DNA from: a virus
Virus genome (UHGV): UHGV-1648906
DNA: 34,350 bases
Strand: one strand, 5' to 3'
Positions within the stretch are counted from its first letter, which is position 1. Each line of letters opens with the position of its first letter. Under the pieces are notes generated by a model. The model worked only from the letters and a program-made list of their open reading frames with translations, had not been told where the DNA came from and made no database searches. The translations under genes and the position numbers were made by a program. Shown here piece by piece: positions 16,698-25,740 of the stretch.

Positions 16698-17047
16698 TTT
16701 CCCGCGATGAATCCGGGACAAGGACCGTCTCAATAGATCTCGGATTCTATTTCAGTCGTGTAGTTGCTCACTACGCCGTGTCGCCATTAGAGCTACTGAA
16801 CGTTCCTCTCACGATGTTCTGGATGCTCAGTCGCAATATAGACCGTCTGCGTGCGGAAGAGGATGTCCGCAACTTACAAGTCGCTCGTGCGTCCCAGGCG
16901 GATGGCGAGGCTGTGAAGGCGTTCATGGAGGGTTTGCAACTCAGGATTGGAAGACCAGTCGTAACAGATAAAGTCTACGATCCAAGCCAGGATAAGGCAG
17001 ACCCTGACGCCAAAGAGCAACTGATGCAAATATTTGGCAGAGGATGA
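16661..17047 (+). CDS. -1 frame extension (gpT-like part of a G-T frameshift fusion chaperone)
   Basis: The -1 frame is open from 16661, overlaps the last 37 nt of the G-like gene and ends at 17047, just before the tape measure start; A-rich run GAAAAAG at 16668-16674 is a possible slip site (not a canonical heptamer). Confidence 0.5.
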   Translation, partial: RKRKSGWRRGKVISRDESGTRTVSIDLGFYFSRVVAHYAVSPLELLNVPLTMFWMLSRNIDRLRAEEDVRNLQVARASQADGEAVKAFMEGLQLRIGRPVVTDKVYDPSQDKADPDAKEQLMQIFGRG

Positions 17048-17054
17048 CAAGGGA

Positions 17055-20000
17055 ATGTCACAAAACGTAGAGTTTATCCTGTCGCTGGAAGACAAACAGT
17101 TTACAGCGTCAATCGATCGTGCGGGGAAACTGCTTACTCGATTTGGTGAGCAGGTAACAAAGCCTGCTCAAAAAATCCAAACCTTTGAACGCTCTTTGGG
17201 TTCGGTCGCCCGTATCATTGGCGTTCTGGAAAGCAAGCTCGATTCTACGGCAGATAAACTACAGGATGTAGCTGCCGGTTTTGAGCTTGCTTCAGATGCT
17301 ACGCGTAAAATGCGTGGCAACATCACCAGCCTCAATTCTGGTCTTAAAGCCCTGATTGAGCGCGTCGATACGACAACTTCTTCAGTAGATAAACTCACCG
17401 CGTCATTACGTAAAGTGCAATCAGAGCTAAATGATTTCTCTGATTGGGCGACCTATGCAAGCAAAAGCGCAAGCCGCTTTGGTACGGAGGTCAAAGAAGC
17501 CTCTGCGTCCGTGAGTGGCATGAATACGCGCCTTAATACCACGACGAAGCGACTCAGTAATTGGGGTGTCACAACGAGTCAGGCTGCCGAGGGACTGAAA
17601 AAGGTTCGTGAGCAGATGGACGAAGTTATCGGACGTCAGCAACTGATTAGCAAGCCGGTACGCGTTCGTACATCTGGAAGTGGCGATGGTGGTAGCGGGC
17701 GGCGTAGCGGCGCTTCTGGCCATAGCGGTAAAAGTAACGAAGGAGGTATGTTCTCTGGCCTTCGTGGCAACATTTTCCTGCTTGGCGAGATCGGAGATGC
17801 AGCCAGAACGGTTACTGACATCATGTTTGGGTGGCAGAAGCCTATTGTTGAAGCTGCGGCCGAAATGGAACGTATGCGGGTGATGCTTCGAGGGTTGAAT
17901 AAGGAGAAGTCCAACCCGGGCCAGGCTGCCGCTGATGATATGAAGTACATCGTAGACATGGCTCAAAATGCGCCGTTCGCGATGCAGGCGTTAACAGACT
18001 CCTTCGTGAAGTTTCGTTCTGCTGGCTTAGATCCAACCGATGGTTCTCTGAAGGCGCTGGTGGACTCCGTTGCTCGTTTTGGTGGTGATAGTGAGCTGTT
18101 GAAACGTGCGGCTGTGGCCGTTCAGCAGATGTCCGGTAAGGGCGTTGTGTCAATGGAAGAGCTACGTCAGCAATTAGGTGAAGCCGTTCCTAACGCGATG
18201 CAGGCAATGGCAGACGCCGCAGGCATCACTATGGGGGAACTGACTAAAGCCGTTGCCAGCGGTACGGTTGAGGCAAAACAGGCGTTGTCTCTGATGTTTG
18301 TTGGTCTGCGTGCGGAGAATGAGAACGCAGCGAAAGACATGATGCAAACCTACACAGGTGCGCTGGCGCAACTTCAGACGTCATTCACGTTATTTGCTGA
18401 TCGGGTTGGTCAGGCCGGATATCTGGATTCTCTATCGAAGGGGATGAAAGAACTGGCTTCAATCATGAATAGCGCCGAAGGGATTTCGTTTGCCAATTCT
18501 TTAGGTTCGGGGTTAACAACGGCAATCGATGGGTTGCGTCAGCTTGCTCAATGGTTAGCAAAGAACCAAGAGCTGGTAATTAATCTCGGTAAGGTCGTGG
18601 CCGCGATGGTTGCGTTCAAACTGATGCGAGCAGGGATCATGGGGGTAGTTGGCGCTGGGAGCCAGATGGTTAGCACCTTTGCCACGATGGCGACCGCCAT
18701 ACAGACTCCATTTAACCTCGGCGCTACAGCAGTAACTCGATTCAATCGTGCGGCACGTATGGGGCTGGCTCCGATCCCCTCTCTTATTTTCGCCATCCGT
18801 GGGGCGATTACGGGGCTTAAAGGCGCTTTTGCTGGATTAACGGCGTTCATTGCAGCAAACCCTATAGGGGCAGCATTTACAGTTGCCACTGTAGCTGTTG
18901 CTGGCCTAATCACGTACATGACCATGCTCCGCAGCGAAACTTCAAAGGTCGTTGACGAGATTAGGAAAATACCAGAAGCGATGACAGCGGCCAAACGTGC
19001 ACAAATGGCCGACCGCGCAGAAAAGCTCGAAAAGCAGATTCTTGCTGATCAACGAGCATTAAAAACTGGTGAGGGTGTTAATTACGTATCTAACTCTGCC
19101 GGTGTTATTACTCACAAAGAGTCGAAGGCTGACATCGAAGCACGCCTGAAAAAAAATCAGGAAGAGTATCAAAAGATAACCGGCACGATAGCTCTTGGTG
19201 ACGGCGCTGTAGCAAAGCGTTTGGCTAAAGAGGCTGCCGAATCTCAGATTGAGAAAATTCGAGCGGAAAACCAGATTTTCGCGGCAACATTCGTGAAAGC
19301 CCGGCAGGAGGCTCTGGATAAGATCCAGAAAATCAATGATGACGGTTCACTTTCAGATGATGAAAAGAACAAGCTATTGGCACCGTTACGTGAAACGGTA
19401 AACAAAAGCTATCTTGAGCCTGCGCAAAAACTGGTTGATTCACTTTCTTCTCGTAAGAATGCGACCGAGAAGCAAATCGCGACTCTTAATGATCAGCTTG
19501 AAAAAGCCAAAAAGGATGGAAATACCGAGCAGATCCAGAAACTGCAAGGCAGTATTCGTGGTTATCAGGAGAATTTGGAAGTCGTCGCTCAGGAACTGAC
19601 TCAGGCAGAGTTCGAGAGAGATAACGCTGCCAAAACTGGTAAGGGCGTAATGTCAAACCAGGGGACTGTTCTGGGGTTAGGTACAACTGATAAAGCTGCT
19701 CAGAAGGCGCTGGCGCAATATATGCGAAACCAGATGGATTCTGCGACTTATCAGCGTACTCTGCCTGACGGCACTCCGATGATGGACTTCGAAGGTAAGC
19801 CGATTATTGGGCCTAAACAACTCAAGACGCAGCTTAATTTGCAGAAAGCATCCAGCGCCAGCTCTCTGGAGAAAATGAGCGATGAAGAGCGTGCCGCAGC
19901 CATTGCTGCACTAACTAAAGCTCGTGAACAGGATGCAGCAGCTGCCGAGAAAGCAGCCCAACGATCAGCTAACGCCTCGCAGCGTGCGGCCAAGAAGGAA

Positions 20001-21578
20001 CAGGCAGCGCAACAGAAATTGGCAGCCGGATACCAGAAGGCTCTGGACAAAGCCGATCAGCTTATGGGGCAAATGGGTGAAAGCTCTAAGGCTACGGTAT
20101 CGTTTGATCAGTCTCTTCGCGATACAACGAAATCGCTGACTGATTTGGCTAATGCGGTTCCTAACGAGTTCATCACTCAAGAGATGATCGACAAGGCGAA
20201 AAAACGTCTTGAAGACCTTAAAAATGCGACACCTGAATATCGCGAGATGTTTAATCGCCGCAATGTTGAGCAGATGATCTCCACTTGGGCACCGGAGGCG
20301 GATTCCATTATTAGTGCTGGCTATACGCCGTCTCGCGAAGAGAAAGTTGCTGATTTCGAAGACACCTACAACCGCAATCTCAAAGCGTTGATAGAACTTC
20401 GTGATAAGGCGTCTGATCCTAAAGTTGTGGCGCTTTATACAAAGAAAATCAATCAACTGATTGCTGCTGGCAATACCGCGCTTATTAAAGAGACGGGGAC
20501 TGCGACGCAGAAGTTGGCTCTGGAGTATGAGAACCTGGCTGAGCAGATTGAGGGCACCTGGACAGATCTGTTTAGCGGCTTAACTGACACGCTTACTGAC
20601 TTTGTTGTTAACGGAAAGATGAGCTTCTCCAGTCTGGCCACATCGATCCTTAAAGACATCACCAACATGGTCGTGAAGACCCAGATCACTCTGCCTCTCA
20701 TGAATATGTTGGGAATGGGAACGACAAACGCCGGCAATGCACAAAGTGGAAATCTCATGAATAGCGTAGCGTCTGCGATCGCTAATCAAGGGGTTCAGCT
20801 AGGTAATTCTGGTGGGTCGGTGGCCAATGGGGATAAATCTGTCGGCGAGGCCACTAAGGAGACAGCCTCCGGCGTGAATTCGATGGGGCAAGCGTCTCAG
20901 AATGCGGCCAGTGGTTTAAGTCAGGCGGTGAATGGCGTCTGGGACTGGACTAAGTCATTGTTCACCGGTACTGACGCTACGAAAGATCAAACCAAAGCGG
21001 TTAACAGCAGCATCCTCAGTATGGGGAATCTGTCTACTGCGGCTGGGGCGCTGGCAGCTACATTCGCCATGGTAGGTGCTTCGTCGTCGAGTTCGTCCAG
21101 CCGTTGGCTGAATTTCGGTCTGTCACTGGCCAGTACCGCAGTGTCCGCCTGGGCTGGGTCTTCGACGCCATCAGGCTCAAAGCCAAATGTGAAGAAGCAC
21201 GCCAATGGCGGCATCTTTGGCAGGGAAGGGGTTGTGCCTCTGAGAGCTTATCAGAAAGGCGGAATTGCCACCTCACCACAGTTGGCGATGTTTGGCGAGG
21301 GCTCAATGAACGAGGCTTACGTTCCGTTGCCAGATGGTCGAACCATTCCAGTCACACTTTCTGCAGAGTCGGCTGGAAAGAGCACGGGTAACGCGGTGTC
21401 CCCTGTCTCGATTCAGATCAATGTAACCAAGGATGGCCGAACCAGCGAGAGCAGCAGTGGAAGCGAGAGCAGTCTCTGGAACGGCGCAGCACGGCAAATC
21501 AAGTCGATTGTGCTTGAGACGATTGCCGAAGAGAAACGTTCTGGTGGTTCACTTAATCCGCATACCACCAGAGGGTAG
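17055..21578 (+). CDS. tail tape measure protein
   Basis: 1507 aa from ATG 17055; long helical/coiled-coil N-terminal part, central hydrophobic Gly/Ala-rich segment (around AAMVAFKLMRAGIMGVVGAGSQ), position after the G/GT chaperones. Confidence 0.9.
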   Translation: MSQNVEFILSLEDKQFTASIDRAGKLLTRFGEQVTKPAQKIQTFERSLGSVARIIGVLESKLDSTADKLQDVAAGFELASDATRKMRGNITSLNSGLKALIERVDTTTSSVDKLTASLRKVQSELNDFSDWATYASKSASRFGTEVKEASASVSGMNTRLNTTTKRLSNWGVTTSQAAEGLKKVREQMDEVIGRQQLISKPVRVRTSGSGDGGSGRRSGASGHSGKSNEGGMFSGLRGNIFLLGEIGDAARTVTDIMFGWQKPIVEAAAEMERMRVMLRGLNKEKSNPGQAAADDMKYIVDMAQNAPFAMQALTDSFVKFRSAGLDPTDGSLKALVDSVARFGGDSELLKRAAVAVQQMSGKGVVSMEELRQQLGEAVPNAMQAMADAAGITMGELTKAVASGTVEAKQALSLMFVGLRAENENAAKDMMQTYTGALAQLQTSFTLFADRVGQAGYLDSLSKGMKELASIMNSAEGISFANSLGSGLTTAIDGLRQLAQWLAKNQELVINLGKVVAAMVAFKLMRAGIMGVVGAGSQMVSTFATMATAIQTPFNLGATAVTRFNRAARMGLAPIPSLIFAIRGAITGLKGAFAGLTAFIAANPIGAAFTVATVAVAGLITYMTMLRSETSKVVDEIRKIPEAMTAAKRAQMADRAEKLEKQILADQRALKTGEGVNYVSNSAGVITHKESKADIEARLKKNQEEYQKITGTIALGDGAVAKRLAKEAAESQIEKIRAENQIFAATFVKARQEALDKIQKINDDGSLSDDEKNKLLAPLRETVNKSYLEPAQKLVDSLSSRKNATEKQIATLNDQLEKAKKDGNTEQIQKLQGSIRGYQENLEVVAQELTQAEFERDNAAKTGKGVMSNQGTVLGLGTTDKAAQKALAQYMRNQMDSATYQRTLPDGTPMMDFEGKPIIGPKQLKTQLNLQKASSASSLEKMSDEERAAAIAALTKAREQDAAAAEKAAQRSANASQRAAKKEQAAQQKLAAGYQKALDKADQLMGQMGESSKATVSFDQSLRDTTKSLTDLANAVPNEFITQEMIDKAKKRLEDLKNATPEYREMFNRRNVEQMISTWAPEADSIISAGYTPSREEKVADFEDTYNRNLKALIELRDKASDPKVVALYTKKINQLIAAGNTALIKETGTATQKLALEYENLAEQIEGTWTDLFSGLTDTLTDFVVNGKMSFSSLATSILKDITNMVVKTQITLPLMNMLGMGTTNAGNAQSGNLMNSVASAIANQGVQLGNSGGSVANGDKSVGEATKETASGVNSMGQASQNAASGLSQAVNGVWDWTKSLFTGTDATKDQTKAVNSSILSMGNLSTAAGALAATFAMVGASSSSSSSRWLNFGLSLASTAVSAWAGSSTPSGSKPNVKKHANGGIFGREGVVPLRAYQKGGIATSPQLAMFGEGSMNEAYVPLPDGRTIPVTLSAESAGKSTGNAVSPVSIQINVTKDGRTSESSSGSESSLWNGAARQIKSIVLETIAEEKRSGGSLNPHTTRG

Positions 21579-21585
21579 TAAAGCA

Positions 21586-21605
21586 GGCCGCCTTAACGGG
21601 CGGCC
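21586..21605 (+). other. GC-rich stem-loop between tape measure and M genes (no U-tract)
   Basis: GGCCGCC-TTAACG-GGCGGCC; possible RNA stability or processing element. Confidence 0.3.
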
Positions 21606-21621
21606 ATCACAAGGAAGTGAT

Positions 21622-21957
21622 ATGTCGAGGAAAGTATTTAATTGGTATCCAGATTATGAGTCTGAGAAAACCGTAAAGCCTAACGTGATCGTGCTGAACT
21701 ACGGCGACGATTACGAGCAGCGCCAGTCGCAGGGGCTCAATCGGATTAAAGAAGAGTGGTCTCTCACGTTCACCCGTAGCCATGACGTGGTAAACGACGT
21801 TGATGACTTTTTGACTGCCCGCGCTGGGGTGGAGTCATTCATTTGGACTAACCCAAGAGGCAAAGCAATTATCGTGGTTTGTGACAGCCATACGGTAAAG
21901 CGTTACCCCGGTTATCAAGTGCTTACGGCAACATTTAGACAGGTTTTTGAGTCTTAA
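21622..21957 (+). CDS. minor tail protein M (lambda gpM-like)
   Basis: 111 aa from ATG 21622 (SD AAGGAAG); motifs NYGDDYEQRQSQGLNRIKEEWSLTF and ESFIWTNP parallel lambda gpM (FGDGYSQR...GLN...SFLWTPP). Confidence 0.85.
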   Translation: MSRKVFNWYPDYESEKTVKPNVIVLNYGDDYEQRQSQGLNRIKEEWSLTFTRSHDVVNDVDDFLTARAGVESFIWTNPRGKAIIVVCDSHTVKRYPGYQVLTATFRQVFES

Positions 21958-21966
21958 CTTGCGACT

Positions 21967-21990
21967 ATAGATAAGTAATTACTTATCTAT
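21967..21990. promoter_or_regulatory. perfect 24-bp palindrome ATAGATAAGTAATTACTTATCTAT
   Basis: Identical on both strands; sits in the M-L intergenic gap directly before a hairpin. Confidence 0.55.
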
Positions 21991-22000
21991 TATCATATAT

Positions 22001-22030
22001 CAACGTCACATCCTGTGACGTTGAGTTTTT
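22001..22030 (+). terminator. terminator-like hairpin inside the tail-tip operon (M-L gap)
   Basis: 10-bp stem CAACGTCACA / TGTGACGTTG with 3-nt loop, followed by AGTTTTT. Confidence 0.5.
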
Positions 22031-22043
22031 CAAGGATGAAGTG

Positions 22044-22742
22044 ATGGGTATTAGAGCTGATATTCAGAGTTTATCGCCTTCTGCGCTCATTGAGTTGTTC
22101 GAGCTGGATATGTCGGTGACAACCTCCGGCGGCAAGTTGTATTTCCATGCCGGCACCAACGGGCTTAGCCAGCCAATTATCTGGCAGGGAGTTTCCTATG
22201 AGCCGTGGCCAATTAAAGCGTCTGGCTTTGATAAAAGCGGTCAGGGAACACTTCCTCGTCCAAAGATTCAGGTTTCCAACTACGACGGTGTAATTTCTGC
22301 CGAGCTGCAGGCCAATGACGATCTGATTGGCTGCAAGATCATTCGCAAGATGACGCTGGCACGTTTTCTGGACGCGGTGAACTTTCCGGATGGAAACCCG
22401 ACCGCAGACCCAAGTCAGCATTTTGCTGATGAAATGTGGTTCGTCGAACAGAAGACCCTGGAGACGCACCAGTATGTCGAATTCGAGCTGTCCAGCGTCT
22501 TAGATCTGATGGGCGTTCAACTGCCGTATCGTCAGATCATCAAAAACAGCTGCCCGTGGAAATATCGCGGAACAGAGTGTGGCTACACCGGCCCCTATTT
22601 CGACAAAAACAACCAGCAAACCTCTTTGGCCGGCGCCGACTACTGCACCAAGCGTTACGACGCCTGTAATGCTCGCCGCAACTACTTCGCGAATGGCGTT
22701 ATTCATTTTGGCGGATTTATTGGGGCGACACGATATGAGTAA
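22044..22742 (+). CDS. minor tail protein L (lambda gpL-like)
   Basis: RFLDAVNFPDGNPTADP matches lambda gpL RFLDAVNFVNGNSYADP; Cys cluster CPWKYRGTECGY...C..RYDAC; SD AAGGA. Confidence 0.85.
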   Translation: MGIRADIQSLSPSALIELFELDMSVTTSGGKLYFHAGTNGLSQPIIWQGVSYEPWPIKASGFDKSGQGTLPRPKIQVSNYDGVISAELQANDDLIGCKIIRKMTLARFLDAVNFPDGNPTADPSQHFADEMWFVEQKTLETHQYVEFELSSVLDLMGVQLPYRQIIKNSCPWKYRGTECGYTGPYFDKNNQQTSLAGADYCTKRYDACNARRNYFANGVIHFGGFIGATRYE

Positions 22743-23532
22743 CCAGACGTTACCTGAGCTGGGCTCAGAAGTCATGCAGGATATCTATCGCTGCGCTATC
22801 CAACGTTACCCGAATGAAGCGTGTGGCTTTCTTGTGCGCACACAGGGTGAGAAATATCGCTTTATGGAAGCGATGAATGTCTCTGAAACGCCACGTGAGG
22901 ATTTTGTCATGCGTGCCAGCGACATTATTGCGGCCGAAGATGCTGGGGAAGTGATCGCTATTTGGCACTCTCACGTTGAGCGCAGCGCAGAGGCGTCAGA
23001 CCCGGATCGCTCCGGGTGCGAGGCGACGGAACTACCGTGGATGATTCTGGCAATTCGCAAAAATGTGGAAAGCGATATGCCATTCCACTTTAGCGAAATG
23101 AACGTCATTTATCCGTGTGGTTTTGAGATGCCCTACCTCGGGCGCCCATACGTATTCGGTGTGTTTGATTGCTGGATGCTGTGCCGCGATTACCTAAAGC
23201 GTGAATTTGACGTTGAGCTGAATGCAAACGCCCACCTGCATATTCCTTCCTGGTACACGGGGGACAACGACATCCTCGACCAGAACTACCGAAATGAAGG
23301 ACTTGTCCGCATGGCGCCGGGGACGGAACCCCAGCGCGGCGACATCTTCTTCATCCAGTACGGGAAAATGCCAGATCACTGCGCGGTATACATCGGCGAC
23401 GGCATGATCATGCATCACCAGATCGACCGTCTCAGCTGTCGGGCTTATTACGGTGGGATGTATCAGAAGCACACGACGCATCACCTGCGTCACAGGGATT
23501 TACTCAAGGGAGACGAGACGTGTCTGAATTAG
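22735..23532 (+). CDS. tail assembly protein K (MPN/JAB domain plus NlpC/P60 domain)
   Basis: MPN-like AIWHSHVERSAEASDPD (H-x-H...S..D); NlpC/P60-like Cys/His segment FDCWMLCRDY ... HCAVYIGDGMIMHH; start overlaps the L gene stop. Confidence 0.85.
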   Translation: MSNQTLPELGSEVMQDIYRCAIQRYPNEACGFLVRTQGEKYRFMEAMNVSETPREDFVMRASDIIAAEDAGEVIAIWHSHVERSAEASDPDRSGCEATELPWMILAIRKNVESDMPFHFSEMNVIYPCGFEMPYLGRPYVFGVFDCWMLCRDYLKREFDVELNANAHLHIPSWYTGDNDILDQNYRNEGLVRMAPGTEPQRGDIFFIQYGKMPDHCAVYIGDGMIMHHQIDRLSCRAYYGGMYQKHTTHHLRHRDLLKGDETCLN

Positions 23533-24131
23533 TTCATGTTCAGCTCGGCGGTGCGATGGCAAAGAACTTTGGCCGCCACTGGAAATTGAAGGTGCGCAAC
23601 ACCAAACAAGCCATCGATTTGATTGAGGCGAATCGCCCGGGCTTTAAAGCCTGGATTAAGCGTAACCGTAACCACTTCGATAAGTACCACATCCAGGTCA
23701 CAAATAAGCAGGGCCACAAGTGGTCAATGGACGACACCGAATACCAGATGATGGGCGAGTCGGAAAATATCGCAAAAATCCGCATTACTCCCGTACCACG
23801 TGGCAGCGGTGGTAAGGCGTTTGGGTGGTTCCAGACTTTCGTTGGCGCCGCGATGATCGCTGTCGGCGCTCTGGCCTCTGGGCTGACTTTTGGTGCGTCT
23901 TCCGCGCTGGTGATGGGAGGGATGTCATTGATGATGGGCGGTGTGTCCATGCTGATTTCGCCGCAGGCATCAAATGCGTCTGTCAGACAGGCGGATAACA
24001 CGGATTCGTTTTATTTCGATGGGCCTCAAAACACCAGCAACCAGGGAAACCCGGTTCAGCTTAATTACGGCGAGGAAATTTTAGTTGGCTCACAGATTGT
24101 GAGTTCTTCAATCACCATAGACCAACTGTAA
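23520..24131 (+). CDS. tail assembly protein I (lambda gpI-like)
   Basis: GTG start with SD AAGGGAG; C-terminal glycine-rich hydrophobic segment GAAMIAVGALASGLTFGASSALVMGGMSLMMGG; position between K and J. Confidence 0.75.
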   Translation: MSELVHVQLGGAMAKNFGRHWKLKVRNTKQAIDLIEANRPGFKAWIKRNRNHFDKYHIQVTNKQGHKWSMDDTEYQMMGESENIAKIRITPVPRGSGGKAFGWFQTFVGAAMIAVGALASGLTFGASSALVMGGMSLMMGGVSMLISPQASNASVRQADNTDSFYFDGPQNTSNQGNPVQLNYGEEILVGSQIVSSSITIDQL

Positions 24132-24141
24132 GGGAAGTTTT

Positions 24142-25740
24142 TTGAACATGTATCAGTTCAAGAAAAAGAGATTGCCCCTCCTGATTGCGGGAGCGGGCGG
24201 CAAAAAGAGCTCAGGCTCAAGCCGTACACCAGTTGAAGCGGATGATACCGTTAATTCGCGGGCCATGGCGTCTATCCTCGATCTGCTCGGGGAAGGTGTT
24301 GTTGGTGGGCTTATTAACGGTGCTAAATCTATCTTCATCGATGGCGTGGCGCTGGAGAACGAAGACGGATCATTCAACTATTCCGGTGTAACCTGGGATT
24401 TCCGGGATGGTTCACAAGACCAAAGCCCGATGCCTGGTTTCGATTTTGTCGAAACGCCAAAGGCCGTTAACACACAGCTGAAAACCACAAACGCGGTTAC
24501 GGTCGCCATCGATAACGACGACGCTGATCGTGTCCGAGTGATCATGAAGTTCCCGTCGCTGCGTAGCATTGACAAGAAAACAGGGGACACAAACGGTACT
24601 TCTGTCCAGTTTAAGTTCCAGCTGGCCAATGGCAATGGCTCTTTCTATGACGTGATTGCTACAGGTGAGAGCAGCTCTGACGTGAAGCTGACTGCGAAAA
24701 AGACTGGTGTCTACTACCGCAGTTACGAAATCCAACTTCCAAAGCCTGGGCGCGCCTATAAAGTGCGCGTGCTTCGTCTCTCCGCCGACAGCAACGATCA
24801 GTATCTCTTTAACGATACCTGGGTCGACTCTATCGGTGAGATCGTTGACACCCCAATGAACTACCCGAACTCCGTTCTGGTTGGCCTTAAGGTTAACTCT
24901 GAGCAGTTTGGTAGCTCTATGCCGTCACGTTCGTATCTTATCCGTGGCCTCAAAATCCGTGTGCCTTCGAATTATGATGAAAATACGAACACTTATAACG
25001 GCGTTTGGGATGGAACCTTTAAGCTTCTGTCGTCTTCCAACCCTGCCTGGATTCTGTTCGATCTGCTGACCAATGCTCGTTACGGCCTCGGCAAATTTGT
25101 TTCGGAGTCAATGATTGACCTTGGCCAGCTTTATCAGATCGGTCGCTACTGCGACGAAGAGGTTGATGATGGCTTTGGCGGCAAAGAAAAACGCTTTGCA
25201 ATCAACACCCAGATCACCAGTCGTCAGGACGCTTATCGTCTGATTCAGGATATTGCCGGCGCTTTCCGTGGCATGGTTTTCTGGGCTGGTGGTATGGTGA
25301 ATATCATGCAGGACAGCCCGTCTGACCCTGTCATGCTCTTTACCAATGCGAACGTAAAAGATGGCCTGTTTACCTATAAAGGCTCAGCTCGAAAAGACCG
25401 GCCGTCCGTAGCGTTGATCACTTATAACAACAAACAAGACGGCTATAAGCAGAACGTTGAGTATGTTGAAGATCAGGAAGCGATGGCCCGATACGGGGAG
25501 CGCAAGACCGAGGCCGTTGCGTTCGGGTGCACCAGCCGAGGTCAGGCTCATCGTGTAGGTTTGTGGCTGCTCTATACCGCGCGTATGGAGTCAGACATGA
25601 TCACCTTTACCGCGGGCCTGGACGCCTCGTTCCTGATGCCGGGCGAAACCGTTCTGATTCAGAACAAATATCGTGCCGGCAAACGCAATTCCGGTCGCAT
25701 TGTCTCTCGATGCACCTGTCTCTCTGAAAAAGAGCGGTAG
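24142..25740 (+). CDS. host specificity (tip attachment) protein J-like, N-terminal part; reading frame ends prematurely after an apparent frameshift
   Basis: Recalled lambda J similarity: GVTWDFRDGSQDQSPMPGFD, PNSVLVGLKVNSEQFGS, FGCTSRGQAHRVGLWL, KYRAGKRNSGRI; the frame-1 stop at 25738-25740 follows a short out-of-frame tail (SRCTCLSEKER). Confidence 0.85.
   Translation: MNMYQFKKKRLPLLIAGAGGKKSSGSSRTPVEADDTVNSRAMASILDLLGEGVVGGLINGAKSIFIDGVALENEDGSFNYSGVTWDFRDGSQDQSPMPGFDFVETPKAVNTQLKTTNAVTVAIDNDDADRVRVIMKFPSLRSIDKKTGDTNGTSVQFKFQLANGNGSFYDVIATGESSSDVKLTAKKTGVYYRSYEIQLPKPGRAYKVRVLRLSADSNDQYLFNDTWVDSIGEIVDTPMNYPNSVLVGLKVNSEQFGSSMPSRSYLIRGLKIRVPSNYDENTNTYNGVWDGTFKLLSSSNPAWILFDLLTNARYGLGKFVSESMIDLGQLYQIGRYCDEEVDDGFGGKEKRFAINTQITSRQDAYRLIQDIAGAFRGMVFWAGGMVNIMQDSPSDPVMLFTNANVKDGLFTYKGSARKDRPSVALITYNNKQDGYKQNVEYVEDQEAMARYGERKTEAVAFGCTSRGQAHRVGLWLLYTARMESDMITFTAGLDASFLMPGETVLIQNKYRAGKRNSGRIVSRCTCLSEKER
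25695..25712 (+). other. frameshift junction within the J-like gene (TCTCTC dinucleotide run)
   Basis: Frame 1 reads GRIVSRC then stops; frame 2 reads LSLDAPVSLKKSGSFIRI and continues as the J-like protein; the sequence at the junction is GTCTCTCGATG. Confidence 0.6.

Noticed and set aside
17427-17966. Minus-strand ORFs (179 aa and others up to 20758) inside the tape measure gene
   Set aside because: They are antisense to a continuous 1507-aa gene with clear tape-measure character; they are short, overlap each other and have no start context.
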